A DNA stretch of 64,000 bases, from NCBI RefSeq assembly GCF_018977255.1, contig NW_024704743.1, forward strand, positions 66,218,001 through 66,282,000. The letters run 5' to 3'. The position numbers and the translations under genes are program-made. The first letter of the stretch is position 1, and each line of letters begins with the position of its first letter. Shown here in pieces: positions 1-11,499 of this stretch. The stretch is from Callorhinchus milii. Its lineage: Eukaryota. The notes under the pieces are model-generated. The model saw only the letters and a program-made list of their open reading frames with translations. It did no database searches and was not told the DNA's origin.

Positions 1-395
1 AAACCTAAGTGGGGGGGTAGGGGTACTTGGGATCAGGGAGGTTGGAGGGCAGAGAGGGTAGGAGGGTGGCCAAAGGCATGGTTGAAGTGGAGGGTCTTGA
101 GGCATGTTTTGAAGGAGACAAGGGAGGGAGCGAAGTGAAGGGAATGTGGGATGTAGTTCCAGAGGCTGGGGCTAGAGAGGCTGAAGGCCCGACCGCCGAT
201 AGTGGGGCAGGCTGGGCAGGGGACATGGAACAGGCTGAATGGAGGGAACAGATAGGTTGATAAGGGGTTAGCAGGTCAGAGAGATAGGAATGGGCAAGCC
301 CATGGTGGGCCTCGAAGGTGAGGACGAGAATTTTTAACTCTATCCTCTGAGGGATGGGTAGCCAGTAGAGCTGGGTGAGGGTGGGTGTGATGGGG
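1..395 (-). mobile_element. L2 LINE 3' fragment (runs off window start)
   Basis: Minus strand is homologous to the ORF2 C-terminus and 3' UTR of the L2 copy at 57243-58330. Confidence 0.85.
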
Positions 396-914
396 ATGTC
401 TGAAACTAATGAAGTGTCTGAAAATCAATCCATTCCCAGTGATTCCACAGCCATCTTTGTCGCATAATCTGATTTCTAGACACTAATATCTTTATTTTGT
501 CATGGAACACAAGCAATGGATTAATAGATATGTGTTTTTTAGGTTTCATCTCATTGTATTTAATATTTAGGAGTGATTAAGCGGTAATCTACTGGGAACT
601 TCACAGAACCACATACAGAGAGAGCCCTGGAAACTATTAGTGTATTGTTTATAGCTCTCTGAACTTTCCAGGAGATAGAGCTCAGTGATGTGAGGAATGC
701 ATTGCAGAGTCCAACTTTTAATTGAAAATAAAAGATTAGTGGGATGAAATATTAATCTAGGTCTTTAATATGCTTAAAAGCACAAAAAATACTGACTTAT
801 GTTTCAGACCTTAAAAGCAGAACTGGTGAACAAAAGTTTGAAGTTTAGATACCTTAGATTGGACGAAAGATTTGATTGTTTGTCCCCTCTACTCTCCAGA
901 AGGCACTTTTTGCC

Positions 915-1325
915 CCTGGTTAGCCTGTTTCCTTCCAAACTCACATCTGAATCAGAAGATTGTGGATTCAAGTCTCATGTCTGGACTTTGAACTCACTGT
1001 TTAGGCTGACACTCCAATGTAGTGTTGGGGGTGACGTTCTTTGATTGAGTCATTAAACCGAGGTCATTTCTGTCTGCTCAGGTGGGTGTTTAAAATAACT
1101 CAAAAAGAAGAGGGAGTTTCTCATGTTGTCCTGGCCAACAACCCCAGAGATAAAATCTGGTCATTCACTTCCTGGTTGATTGTGCAACATTCCTGTGTGG
1201 AAATTGGCTGCGATGTTCCTTTACAAAATGCATAGTCAATACACATTACAGTGACTCCTGTGAAGTGCTTTGAGATGTCCTTTCAGCATAAAAGGTGCTA
1301 TATCAAATGCAAAGATTATTTATTA
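915..1325 (+). mobile_element. Deu-domain tRNA-derived SINE (SacSINE1-like, family A), degraded
   Basis: Head 'tctgaatcagaagattgtggattcaagtc', central 'caggtgggtgtttaaa...gggagtttctc...gtcctggccaaca', tail 'gtgctatatcaaatgcaaagattatt'. Confidence 0.8.
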
Positions 1326-1339
1326 TAATTACCATTTGG

Positions 1340-1660
1340 TACTGTTCCATGGCAACCAGTCACCTTCTCAAAGCTCTTTCATGTGACTATCCTTTATGTC
1401 TTAGTCTTGACAGTGAGTATTGGTAAGCTTTTCAATGCCATGAGTCCAATTCTAACCTTGCCCAACATTCACAGACATTAACTTCCAGCAGGGGTCACTG
1501 GTTAGCTATCTGGCTACGAGCTAGCTGATTTCCCTCTCCTGAACCTAGGAACGCTGACAAGTTGGCTGAGGTCAACTGCAACACCCTTATTGCTGGCCAA
1601 ACTGAGATCAGCTAACTTTTAACACAACAGAGATTGAAACTGGGACCTTCATGAACAATT
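1340..1660 (-). mobile_element. Old tRNA-derived SINE, AmnSINE2-like
   Basis: Reverse complement reads 'gaaggtcccagtttcaatctctgttgtg...agttagctgatctcag...cagtgacccctgctggaag'. Homologous to copies near 28950, 46545 and 61340. Family name recalled, not searched. Confidence 0.55.
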
Positions 1661-2099
1661 CATTGGAATTGGTTCAGATGCCTAGAGGACCTTTGAGTTA
1701 GGCTTGATTGGAGAGGCATTGGATAATGCATGAATATTAGAAGTTAGAACATTTATGGCACAGATAGTGCTTACAAAAGAATCTCAGCAGGGAAATTTGG
1801 AAAACAGACAAAACAGTCATGTATTAGAAAAATGGAAAATATACTGCATTGTATACAAAAGATGGATGAAGCTGTGAAAAGAAAGCAATCTCATGCTTGT
1901 ACTACTAGAACACTTCTGGACTGCCAAAATATAGGAAACATTATTTCCCATTGATAAACCATCAGGTTTGGTGTTGATGGTAGATCTCAACAATGGATTT
2001 AACAGATTTTGTGGAAAATAAATCACAGAATATTTTTGTTTCAATATGTTAGGATTACTAGGGTTAGGGTTAATATGGAAAAGCACACATCTGAAAGAC

Positions 2100-2305
2100 A
2101 AAATAATAATCCCTCCAAAACCAAAAATAATAATAAATTGGTCATTTTAATCTACGACTGTTTGTGGGACATTGCTGTGCGGAATTGGCTGCCGCGTTCG
2201 CCCACAAATATACAGTCAATTCACTTTACAGCATATTCTGTGAAGCGCTTTGGGACGTCCTCCCGACGTGAAAAGCGCTATATCAAATGCAAGGATTATT
2301 ATTAT
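2100..2305 (+). mobile_element. SINE family B 3' half
   Basis: Near-identical to the reverse complement of 50985-51195; ends in the stem-loop tail plus (ATT)n. Confidence 0.85.
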
Positions 2306-2365
2306 AAAATACAGATCAATGTGATTAGATGTGACCTATCACAACCCTAGATATATATTTAATTG

Positions 2366-2790
2366 TTAATAATAATCCTTACATTTGATATTGTGTCTTT
2401 CACATTGGGAGGTCGTTTCAAAGTATTTTATAGGATTCCCTGCAAAGTGTGTGTTTTGTGGGTGAACACGGCAGCCATATCCCATTAACAGCCATGAAGT
2501 GAATGACCATTTTTTGATTCGGGGGATTGTTGACCAAGACACTAGAAGAAACTCCCTTCTCTTTAAGAATAGTTCCACGGGATCTTTAACATCCACCTGA
2601 ACAGACAGACATGACCTTGGTTTTACATCTCATCCAAAGGACAGCTCCTTCAATAATGCAGCACACCCCTAGCGCTGCATTGGAGTGTCAATTTAGACAA
2701 TATGTGTTCAAAGTGCCAACATGTGGCTTGAACCTACAATCTACTGACTCAGAGGCAAGCGTGCTACCCACTGAGCCAGGCTGCCACACC
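2366..2790 (-). mobile_element. Deu-domain SINE (family A), near full length
   Basis: Minus strand: head 'cctggctcagtgggtagcacgcttgcctctgagtcag', Deu core 'ggtggatgttaaagatcccgtggaactatt', tail (ATT)n. Confidence 0.85.
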
Positions 2791-3594
2791 TAAATATTTG
2801 ACATATTTCAAATTGAAATGCAGACTTTTTCAGAAGAAACTTGATTTCAAAAATATACCATGGAAGCACTTTAATGTAGATTAATCTAGTCCTGAAAGAA
2901 AGGACTTCATATCCTGCACTCTGCAGAAGTTTTTGGAATATATTTCTACATGTGTTAGATATCCACACAAACAGCTGATTCTCGACATTGCCAGTAAGAA
3001 AGGTAAGTCTCCAGGGAGGTCAAAGTCTAAATTAACAAGATGAATATCAGAAAACTAGAAGGATGTTTAATACAATAAACCAACTTTTCAGAAGCATGGG
3101 AATTCAATCAGAAGGCATTTAGGATTACTGTCATTTTGACCCCATAGGTACATTACATAGAATTATATAGAATGTTGTAGGACAGAAACAGGCTATTCAG
3201 CTCAAATATTCTGTGCTGCTGTTTGGACTCCACATGAGTCTTTACTAATCCTATTACTCTTTACCACACCCCTCTGTAATCCATAATGACAACTTGTATT
3301 TATATAAAACCTGTCACACAGAGTTGTGTCTTGGAGCATCTCGTACCGTTTTGCCTCATGCATGCATTGCAGTGACGTTGCTTTTTTGAAACTTGAATAA
3401 TAAATAATAATAGTAATCCTTGAATTTGATATAGCGCTTTTCACATCTTCTCGATGTCTCAAAGCGCTTCACAGAATAGACTGTAAAGTGAATTGACCGT
3501 ATATTTGTGGGCGAAATGCCTCCTGAATGGAAATATGAAAAAAGGTGAAAGGCTCCTTTGGGAGCTGGGCATTTTTCTTGATTCAGTGTGCAAG

Positions 3595-3745
3595 CTATGT
3601 TGCATGAGGCTAATGTCATGTTTACACTTCTGTATGGTACTGAGAGCTACCCCTGACAAAAGGACAGTAACAGCACGGAAACATGTACTGTTTAAGGAAG
3701 ATTTTGGACGTCAGCTGGGAAGATGTAGTGACCAACAATGGAGTA
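3595..3745 (+). mobile_element. RTE-clade LINE fossil
   Basis: Translates, across a frameshift, to EANVMFTLLYGTESY...MYCLRKILDVSWEDVVTN. This matches the RTE post-RT motifs TLLYGxExW and CLRxILxISWxDxVTN. Confidence 0.7.
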
Positions 3746-4069
3746 ATGAAAGTATTGATTGTGAGCAATAATGAAGTGTAATGTGACAAACAGATAGGAT
3801 AAACAGATAGGTGTGTTGTTAGTGGAAGATCTAAGCTGAGTTGGTCACAAAATCTCAAATGATCAGAAGATTAGTCAGGATGATGAAAGCTTTGGCCCAT
3901 TTGATCTCATCCCTGCAGAACACCCATTCTACCATCTCCTCATCACTGCATTAAGCTGCTTTATAAATGAGCAGTGGAATTGCTCTACGTAGCTGTTGAA
4001 ATGAGCAGTGAAATTGCAGTGCATTCCCATTATATATGGGAAGGCTTGAATGCAAGAGGCCTTAGGACC

Positions 4070-4400
4070 ATACAATCATAGAAATTTACTGCACAGAAGA
4101 AGGTCATTCAGCCCATCCTGTCTGTGTCGGCTCCTTCAAGAGTAATCATTTCAGTCCCACTTATCTATTTGCTCATTTACTCTCTTAAATTGATGTCCTC
4201 AAGTTACTGACTCACCGACCTATGGAAATAATTTCTCCTTATTGACTCTATGAAAATCCCTCATAATTTTAAAGACCTCTATCAAGTTTTGTTCTAATGA
4301 AAAAAGTCCCAGTTCCTCCAGTCTCCTCCATTATAGGCCAGGTATCATGCCTAGTAAATTACCTCTGCACCTCCTCTATCATCTTGACATCTTGTGGTAG
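4070..4400 (-). mobile_element. CR1 LINE 3' fragment
   Basis: CR1 3' end pattern 'catagaaatttactgcacagaagaaggtcattcagccc' and 'tttaaagacctctatcaag'. Confidence 0.65.
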
Positions 4401-5919
4401 CTGTGGTCACTTCAGTGATCTTCCGAGTCATGATAACAAATTGATAGAAATTGAAACGGCAAAAACTAACAGTTATTGTAAAATAAAGGACTAGTTAATT
4501 TGCTTTTTTTCCCCCAAACATTATGATCAGTTATGTATTATGGAAACAGAACTTTGCTATTAAAAGAAGAATACCCAGTATTTTCTCAAGCTTTCACAAC
4601 TTCAACTCACACCAATTCTGTGAGAAAATTTGAAGCCAGCAAATTCCTATGTGCAATTCATAAGTCGTTCAGTCAGAAACCTAAAGTACAAGAGAGAGCT
4701 GGGCAATGGTTTGCAGCTGGCATGGACATCATCCAGATTTAAAAGCCAAATTATCCTTTCATTCTCTGGTGAAAACCATGCAGTCAAGTATAAATGCCTT
4801 TTATTGTAATTACTTTCCCAGATCATTGCTTATGGTATTGTCATTAAATAATTATCAATTGTGATACACAATTGTGAATTCAGTGCTCTAGGGCAATATC
4901 CTATGTGAAGGGCACTATAAAAATATGTTGTTTAAGCAGATGCTTGATTAATCTTTACTCCAGTTCTGTGTCGAATGTGAGTTATTAATATTCAAATCTC
5001 TTGCTCTCTCTCATGTAGTAGAGGCAGAGATGAGTACCTTGGATGCATTGTTTTGTGATTGTGTTACATTAAAACAAAATCAAGGGAAGGTAATGAAACT
5101 GGTAGAAATTTGCCATGTTCTTTTTTTTGGATCCATGGATCTTAATTTGGCTTAAACAAATGAAACAAAATATTGGTTTAATAATTGTTTCGGAGAGTGA
5201 AGAATTCAGATAAGTTAAGGCTTCAGAAAGGAATTATGAGCATCGAGATAAAGCTGTGTCAGAATATTGGCATGAGAGCGTGCGATTGTTACCCCATTGA
5301 AAATCTCCTTTGAGGGGTTTTGCAATTATTACCTAAAGCTCAATTGTTCTTTGGGAGCCATTTTCTGAGAACATGCGCCACTTGTTTCTTAAAGGAAAAT
5401 CTCCATAATTGAGGTTTTTGACCTCAGTGTCCCTACACTAATACACTTTAATACAACAAGGAATGTGAATGGTTAATTTTAGTCAGTGGTCTGCAGTGTG
5501 ATCCAACATTCCCTCTATTGTCTCAAGACAAAAACAATATATCCAAGAAAGGATAATGGAAACTGTCAGTTAGATTGAAGTGTTACCGAGTCAAGTTGCT
5601 TGGCTGCTCTTGAAAATACCTCTTTATGGTAGCCATATTGAGAGCCAATTGAAAACAGTCAGTTCTGAAAGAAAACAAGACAAAAGGGTAAAACATAAAA
5701 TCATGAAATAGAAAAGGTTTGCTTAAATAACCTTCCTCGTGCCTATAATTCAAAAACAAGACAGCCATTAGATCCCAAACCTTGTCAGCTACAATACCGT
5801 TCCCAATAGAATCCAGCTTATTCTAAAGGATTTAATTAATCAAGCATCAACTTACAGAGATATATGAGATGCTGAATGAGACTGAGAAAGTAAATCTAGA
5901 ATAGTATTTTCAGGTATGC

Positions 5920-6170
5920 CTGGGCAGCAAGACAAAAGGACACAAGTTCAGAGTTGTGAATGGTAATTTCAGGACATACCCTAGGAAAATAATTATTATC
6001 CAGATGGTCATTAATGACTGAAATAAGTTAGCAGGAAGTGTGGTTGAGCCCAGCATGCTGGACTCATCTGAGGAACAGCCTAACCCTTTAATGGAAAGAT
6101 GATAGGGTAGGTATTCTGGAAGGATGAGATCAAATAGGCCGAAGGGCTTTCTACATCCAAACTTCCTGTG
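5920..6170 (+). mobile_element. CR1 LINE 3' fragment, old
   Basis: 'agacaaaaggacacaagttcagagtt' (TRGHxxKL-like) followed by a CR1-type 3' UTR; similar to 33850-34020. Confidence 0.6.
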
Positions 6171-6324
6171 ATATGCTGAACTCTTTGTGACTGATCCTTT
6201 TATTCACTAGCTGTTGAACCAATGATGCATCAAATGACTCTGACGTTAAGTTGGTTGATTCCTTTGGTTCTATACTAAGAGTCATACATATTATTTACAT
6301 CTATATCATCTATATCTCCAGAGA

Positions 6325-6650
6325 GTGAGCTCCCTCTGCTCAGCGGACTCCAGCCTACTTCACGTCCCCCACCTAACCTGCCCTACCATTGGCGGGCAAT
6401 CCTTCTACCACTCTGCCCCACCCTATGGAACTCCATGTCGCAGTCCCTCAACCTCGCCCTTTCTCTTGCCTCCTGCAAGACCCATCTCAAGACCCTCCTC
6501 TTCGATCATGCTTTTGATCACCTTGCTTCCCCCCTGCCCTCCACCCTCTCCAATCCCAACCCTCAGCTCAGGTCCAAAACACTGACTGTCCAGCGCCTTG
6601 GGACATCCTCCTGACGTGAAAAGCGCTATAGAAATATAATTTTGTTGTTG
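6325..6650 (+). mobile_element. L2 LINE 3' end
   Basis: PTIGG...WNS...KTHLKTLLF-type coding end, stem-loop tail and (GTT)n. Confidence 0.9.
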
Positions 6651-6754
6651 TGTGCATTCCATTCCAAACCATTGGAAATTTTCATACATATCTAGAACTC
6701 TCAGGAGTTTGGACATTCTTAAGCGTTGTAATGCATATTTGCGTGTGACCAAAA

Positions 6755-7180
6755 ATAACAACAACAACCAAATTTGTATACTGCTCATATAGGAGCGGAG
6801 GGAGCAGGCAGGATGGTAGGGAGTTAGTAGGTTACAATGGTAGGGGGGAGCGAGGCCATGTAGGGCTTTGAAGGTAAGGACCAGGATCTTGAACTGTATC
6901 CTCTGTGTGATGGGAAGCCGGTGGAGTTGGACGAGGATGGGAGTGATAGGGTCACGGAGCCTGGTGCAGGAGAGGACATGGGCTGCAGTCTTCTGGATGA
7001 TCTGTAGCCTATGGAGGGAGGAGTTGGGGAGGCCAACAAGCAAGGAGTTTGCATAGTCAAGCCTAGATGTTATGAATGCGTGTATGAAGGTTTAGGTGGC
7101 CTGCCGTGTGAGACAGTGGCAGAGCCTGGCGATGTTGTAGAGGTGGGGGAAGGCAGAGTTGGTCAGAGCACGGATGTGGG
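6755..7180 (-). mobile_element. L2 LINE fragment with internal deletion near its 3' end
   Basis: ORF 6423-7043 begins LVGLPNSSLHRLQIIQKTAAHVLSCTRLRDPITPIL...IQFKILVLTFKALHGLAPPY; a tail remnant (AAC)n lies at 6755-6780. Confidence 0.9.
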
Positions 7181-7949
7181 GTATAAAAATACACCTTTTA
7201 GCCGTTTAAGCACTCCTTCAATCCTCTTACCCAACAAAATCAAGTTATCTCTCCTTGTAACATATCATTCTGAACTCCTGGATTTATCTTTGCCAGCGTT
7301 TTATGAACCCTCCCCAATGCACCCATTTGTTACCGTATCTTTGTTGTGAAGTGTGGTGACTGTATTTGTAGGTGAACAGAAACGCTCTGGGAGCCTACCC
7401 TACGTGAGGGGCATTATATAAATACAAGTTGTTATTTGTGAAAAAAATAACATTGCTGTAAATTTTATGCAATTATGCTATTTCTCTTAGATCCCAGCTG
7501 CTGTTCAAAACACACACTGACCAAATGGTTTCTTCATTTAAGAGGAGGCAAATAAAGCAGACTATTAATTGCATTGAAAATCTGTCATGATATTAGGAAT
7601 TTAAAGTACTTTTCTCCTCACACTAATCTATTTTAAGAAATCTTTAAAGGAAGGTGGCTGGAATTTAGCACCTGGAATATTTTATGAAATGATATGCAGC
7701 AATAAACACTCTAGTGCAATGCTGGGCGAGTACTGCATTGTCAAAGGTGCTATCGTTCAAATGAGATGTTACACCAAGGTCCTATCATTCACTTCATGGC
7801 TGTACATGCGAATTGATGTGTGAAATTTAGTTGTGTTCACCTACAAACACAGTTACTAAACTTTACAATAAATCCTGTGAAGCTTATTCAGACACCCTCC
7901 TGACATAAAAGTCTATGTCAAATGCAAGGATTATTATTATTATTCAACA

Positions 7950-9402
7950 ACCATGGTCAACAAATGAGGTAAGAGGCAGCATCAAACTAAAAGAAAAGAC
8001 TTACACTAATGCAAGAAAAAGTGGAAATCCAGTGGACTGGGATAGCTATAAAAAACAAAGAGATCCAAAGAAAGTAATAAGAGGTACAAAAAGGGAATAT
8101 GAGAAAAAACTTGCATGGGAAATCAAGGGCAACAGTAAAAGTTTTCATAAATATATTAAGAGAAGAAGAGTGGTAAAGGGGAATGTGGGCCCATTAAAGA
8201 TAGATATAGGTGAGATTATAATGGTCAATAAAGAAATGGTAAACTTGTTGAATTAATACTTTGTTTCCATTTTCACAGTAGAGGGAGAGGACAAAATACC
8301 AGCGGTAAAAGGGAACCTAAAAATAGCGAAAGAGAAGTACTAAATGGATTTAATATAAATAAAACAATGGTAATGGAGAAAATAATTGTACTAAAGACAG
8401 ACAAATCTCCAGGACTTGATGGATTCTGCCCTAAGGTATTAAAAGAAGTAGGTGAGGAAATTGCAGATGCGTTAGTCATAACTATCCAAAACTCTCTATA
8501 TTTGGGAATTGTGCTCTTGGATTGGAAAATTGGATATGTTGCTCCATTACTTAAGAAGGGAGAGAGGGAGAAACCAGGTAACTACAGACCTGTCAACTTA
8601 ACTTCAGTTTTGGGGAAGTTACTGGAATTTCTCATCAGGGACAGAGTGACTGAACATTTGGTCAAGTATGAGCTAATCAATGAGAGTTAGCATGGATTTG
8701 TAAAGGGTGGGTCATGTCCTGAGTCAATAAAAAAGTGCGGAAATATTTGCCAAAAATTATGAGGCATTTGACAAATTTTGAGGAAAATTGCAGTGAAATG
8801 TAATAAATTTTGAGGAAAATTGCAGATGGTTGATTGGTGCTCTTGAGAGACGCATTTTATGAAAAACCCAGGTTAAAAAAACTATAAACATATATTTCCT
8901 GAACATGTAGTTATACTTAGAAATACTAAAAATGTTAATTTGATTAGTGCAGCTCTTCTCAAGAATTTGTTGCAGGATCTCAGTTTAGGCCGCAGGTGCT
9001 GGGGGAAGCCCATTTCCCGCTTGCGCTGCTTCCGCCATCCCAGCATTCGCCTTGCTGCGACCCGAGCCACTCCACCTACAGCAACAGCGATTGGCAACAC
9101 ATAATAAGTGATGTTCCCCAGGGGTTTGTGCTTGGGCCTCAGCTTTTCACCATATATATACATAAATGACTTGGATGAAGGAATAGAGTTTTATATCAAA
9201 ATTTGCAGTTGGCACAAAGTTAGAAGGCACAGTAAATTATGTAGATGGGAGCAGGAACTCACAAAGGAATTAAGACAGATTTAGTGAGTGGGCAAAACCG
9301 TGGCAGATGGAATTCAATGTGGGGAAGTGTGAGGTCATCCACTATGGATCCAAAAATAGCAAAACAGAATACTTTCTAAATGGTGAGAAACTAGGAACTG
9401 TG
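7950..9402 (+). mobile_element. CR1 LINE ORF2 fragment, interrupted at 8721-9089
   Basis: ORFs 7915-8256 and 8367-8690 (KSPGLDG, NYRPVNLTSVLGKLLE); resumes at ~9090 with VPQG.VLGPQLF and WQMEFNVGKCEVIH. Confidence 0.95.
8721..9089. repeat. Foreign insert within CR1, possibly a DNA-transposon fragment
   Basis: No CR1 homology; repeated 'aaattttgaggaaaattgcag' motif; GC/CpG-rich right end. Confidence 0.4.
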
Positions 9403-10124
9403 TTAGTAGCAGCAGCTTCCTTATTGACACCACTCCAGTTCATCACGTCATCTTAGGTTTGTTGTTCATTTCAACAGAACAGACAAACAGTACAAAACAC
9501 AAAACACATCTGAATCAGGTTGCACACACTGGTTATTTTTTGGTACAATCAGAAAATCAGTGGGGTCCATCTCAATAGATGGTAACATAACTTGAAGTTT
9601 CAAACATCATAACCTATGTTCTTGCTTGGCAGGTAATTCCTATCCCCTCTGAGCAGGGCTCCGATATGGGTAACTTTGACGATTGACAAATTGCCAGCTG
9701 GACAGAGGCAGACGGACAGCTTCTGGTTACAGTTTCCTGTCTACTATCTGCTGATATTTCCATTTGAAAAAAAACTTGCACTTGATCATGCTGAAATGTT
9801 CCAAAGCACTTTGGACATGATGAGCTACTTTAAACGTTAGTGACTCAATATTGCAGGAAACCATGACAGTGAACCTTGATCAGCAGCATTGCAGAAAGAG
9901 AAATGAAATTCAATGAGCTCTCAATATCAGTGCAATGTTCTTCCCCTGACAAACCAGCCTCCTGATTGGAAATGTCAACTGCTACCATGAAGATTGGCTA
10001 AGAAATAAAACTTGGCAAGTGCTGTGCTTCCTTTCTGTATTGCTAGTATTATCACCGAGGTAGTGCTTGCTGAAAATGGTGAGGCAAAGAGACTCTGGGA
10101 TGGAGTTCCAGAGGATAGTTCCTG

Positions 10125-10625
10125 AATGTACCACCATGCACAAGATCCAGCTGATCCAAAACTCCGCCGCCCATATACTCACCCGTATTAATCTCTGTAC
10201 ACCCATCACACTGGTTCCACTGGCTCCCTATCGCCGAATGAATCAATTTCAATAACCTCACACTCGTTTTCAAATCCCTTCATGCCCTGGCACCTCTCTA
10301 CCTATCTGACCTGCTTACCCCCAACCCACAACCCGCTGCCTCCCCTAACTCCAGTTGCCTACGTGTTCATTGAGCTCTCCATTTCACCATGGTTGCCGCG
10401 CTTTCAGTCACTATGCCCTGAAACTTGGGAAAAATCTTCCTCTATTCCTCTGCCTTGCCTCTTCCTTCCCCATCTTCAGGTCATGCCTGAAGATCTTCCA
10501 ATTCGAACATGCCTACGGTCACCTCCCTGTCCCACCAGCTCGGCATCCTGTTCCGCCATTGTCAAGTGATCTAGGACACTACCATGCATGAGGGGCACTA
10601 AATTAATGCAAGTTGTTGTTGTTGT
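10125..10625 (+). mobile_element. L2 LINE 3' fragment (second tail subfamily) nested in an older minus-strand L2
   Basis: HKIQLIQNSAAHIL; tail 'aggacactaccatgcatgaggggcactaaattaatgcaagttgttgtt'. Confidence 0.85.
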
Positions 10626-10990
10626 AGGGTCAGAAAGGCCAAAGGGTAAAGGATGGTAGAGTGGGTGGGTGAGGTAGGAGACGTGAAACAGACAAGTGCC
10701 CACCAAGGGGAGGGAACGGGTAAGCTGGTATGGTTTTAGCAAAGTTAGGGTTTGACCATGCAAGGCTTTAAAAATGGGGATAGAATTTTAAACACAATCC
10801 TGTGGGATATGAGGAGCCAGTCAAGTCAGGTGAGGACTGGGATAATAGGCTCACAGAGCTTGGTGTGGGAGAGGACACAAGAAACAGAGTTATAAATAAT
10901 TTTCAGTTTGTGGAGGGAAGAGTTGGGAAGTCCAACAAGCAGGGAGTTAGCGTAGTCAAGCCTGGACATGATGAAAGAATAAATGAGGGT
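10626..10990 (-). mobile_element. Older L2 fragment (continues at ~10060-10120)
   Basis: Homologous to 57540-57900; the continuing L2 sequence 'gggatggagttccagagg' lies on the other side of the nested copy. Confidence 0.75.
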
Positions 10991-11173
10991 CTCGTTCTGT
11001 GTAATTCTCTATAATTTTTATTGTTATTATTGTGTAGAACAATTCAACAAAGCAGCAGTTGACCATTTGATCAACAGTAGATCTTAACAGTTAGATATTT
11101 CAAAGGTAAGGGTATTAATGTATATGGGAAAAAGTCAGAGAAATTAGTTTAAATGATTTGCATGATGTACTAA

Positions 11174-11475
11174 AATAATAATAATAATCCTTGCATTTGA
11201 TATAGCACTTTTGATGTCTTCTAGCCATCCCAAAGCGCTTCACAGAATATACTGTAAAGTGAATCGACTGTATATTTGTGGGCGAAACGCGGCAGCCAAT
11301 TGTGCACAGCAGTGTCCCACAAACAGTCGGGGATTGAAGAGACCAATTTTTTTTTTGAGGGATTATTATCAGGTATCTGGAGTAAGGAAACTTTCCCAAG
11401 GTTTCACCCTACCGGGAATTGAACCCAGGTCTCCTGCTTGCGGGTGAGTGCTCTGATACCTGAGCTACAAGACTC
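11174..11475 (-). mobile_element. SINE family B (tRNA-Ala-like head), short variant
   Basis: Minus head 'gagtcttgtagctcag...cctgggttcaattcccgg', shared 3' module and (ATT)n tail. Confidence 0.9.
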
Positions 11476-11499
11476 AGAAATATCAGGAACGGCTCACGG

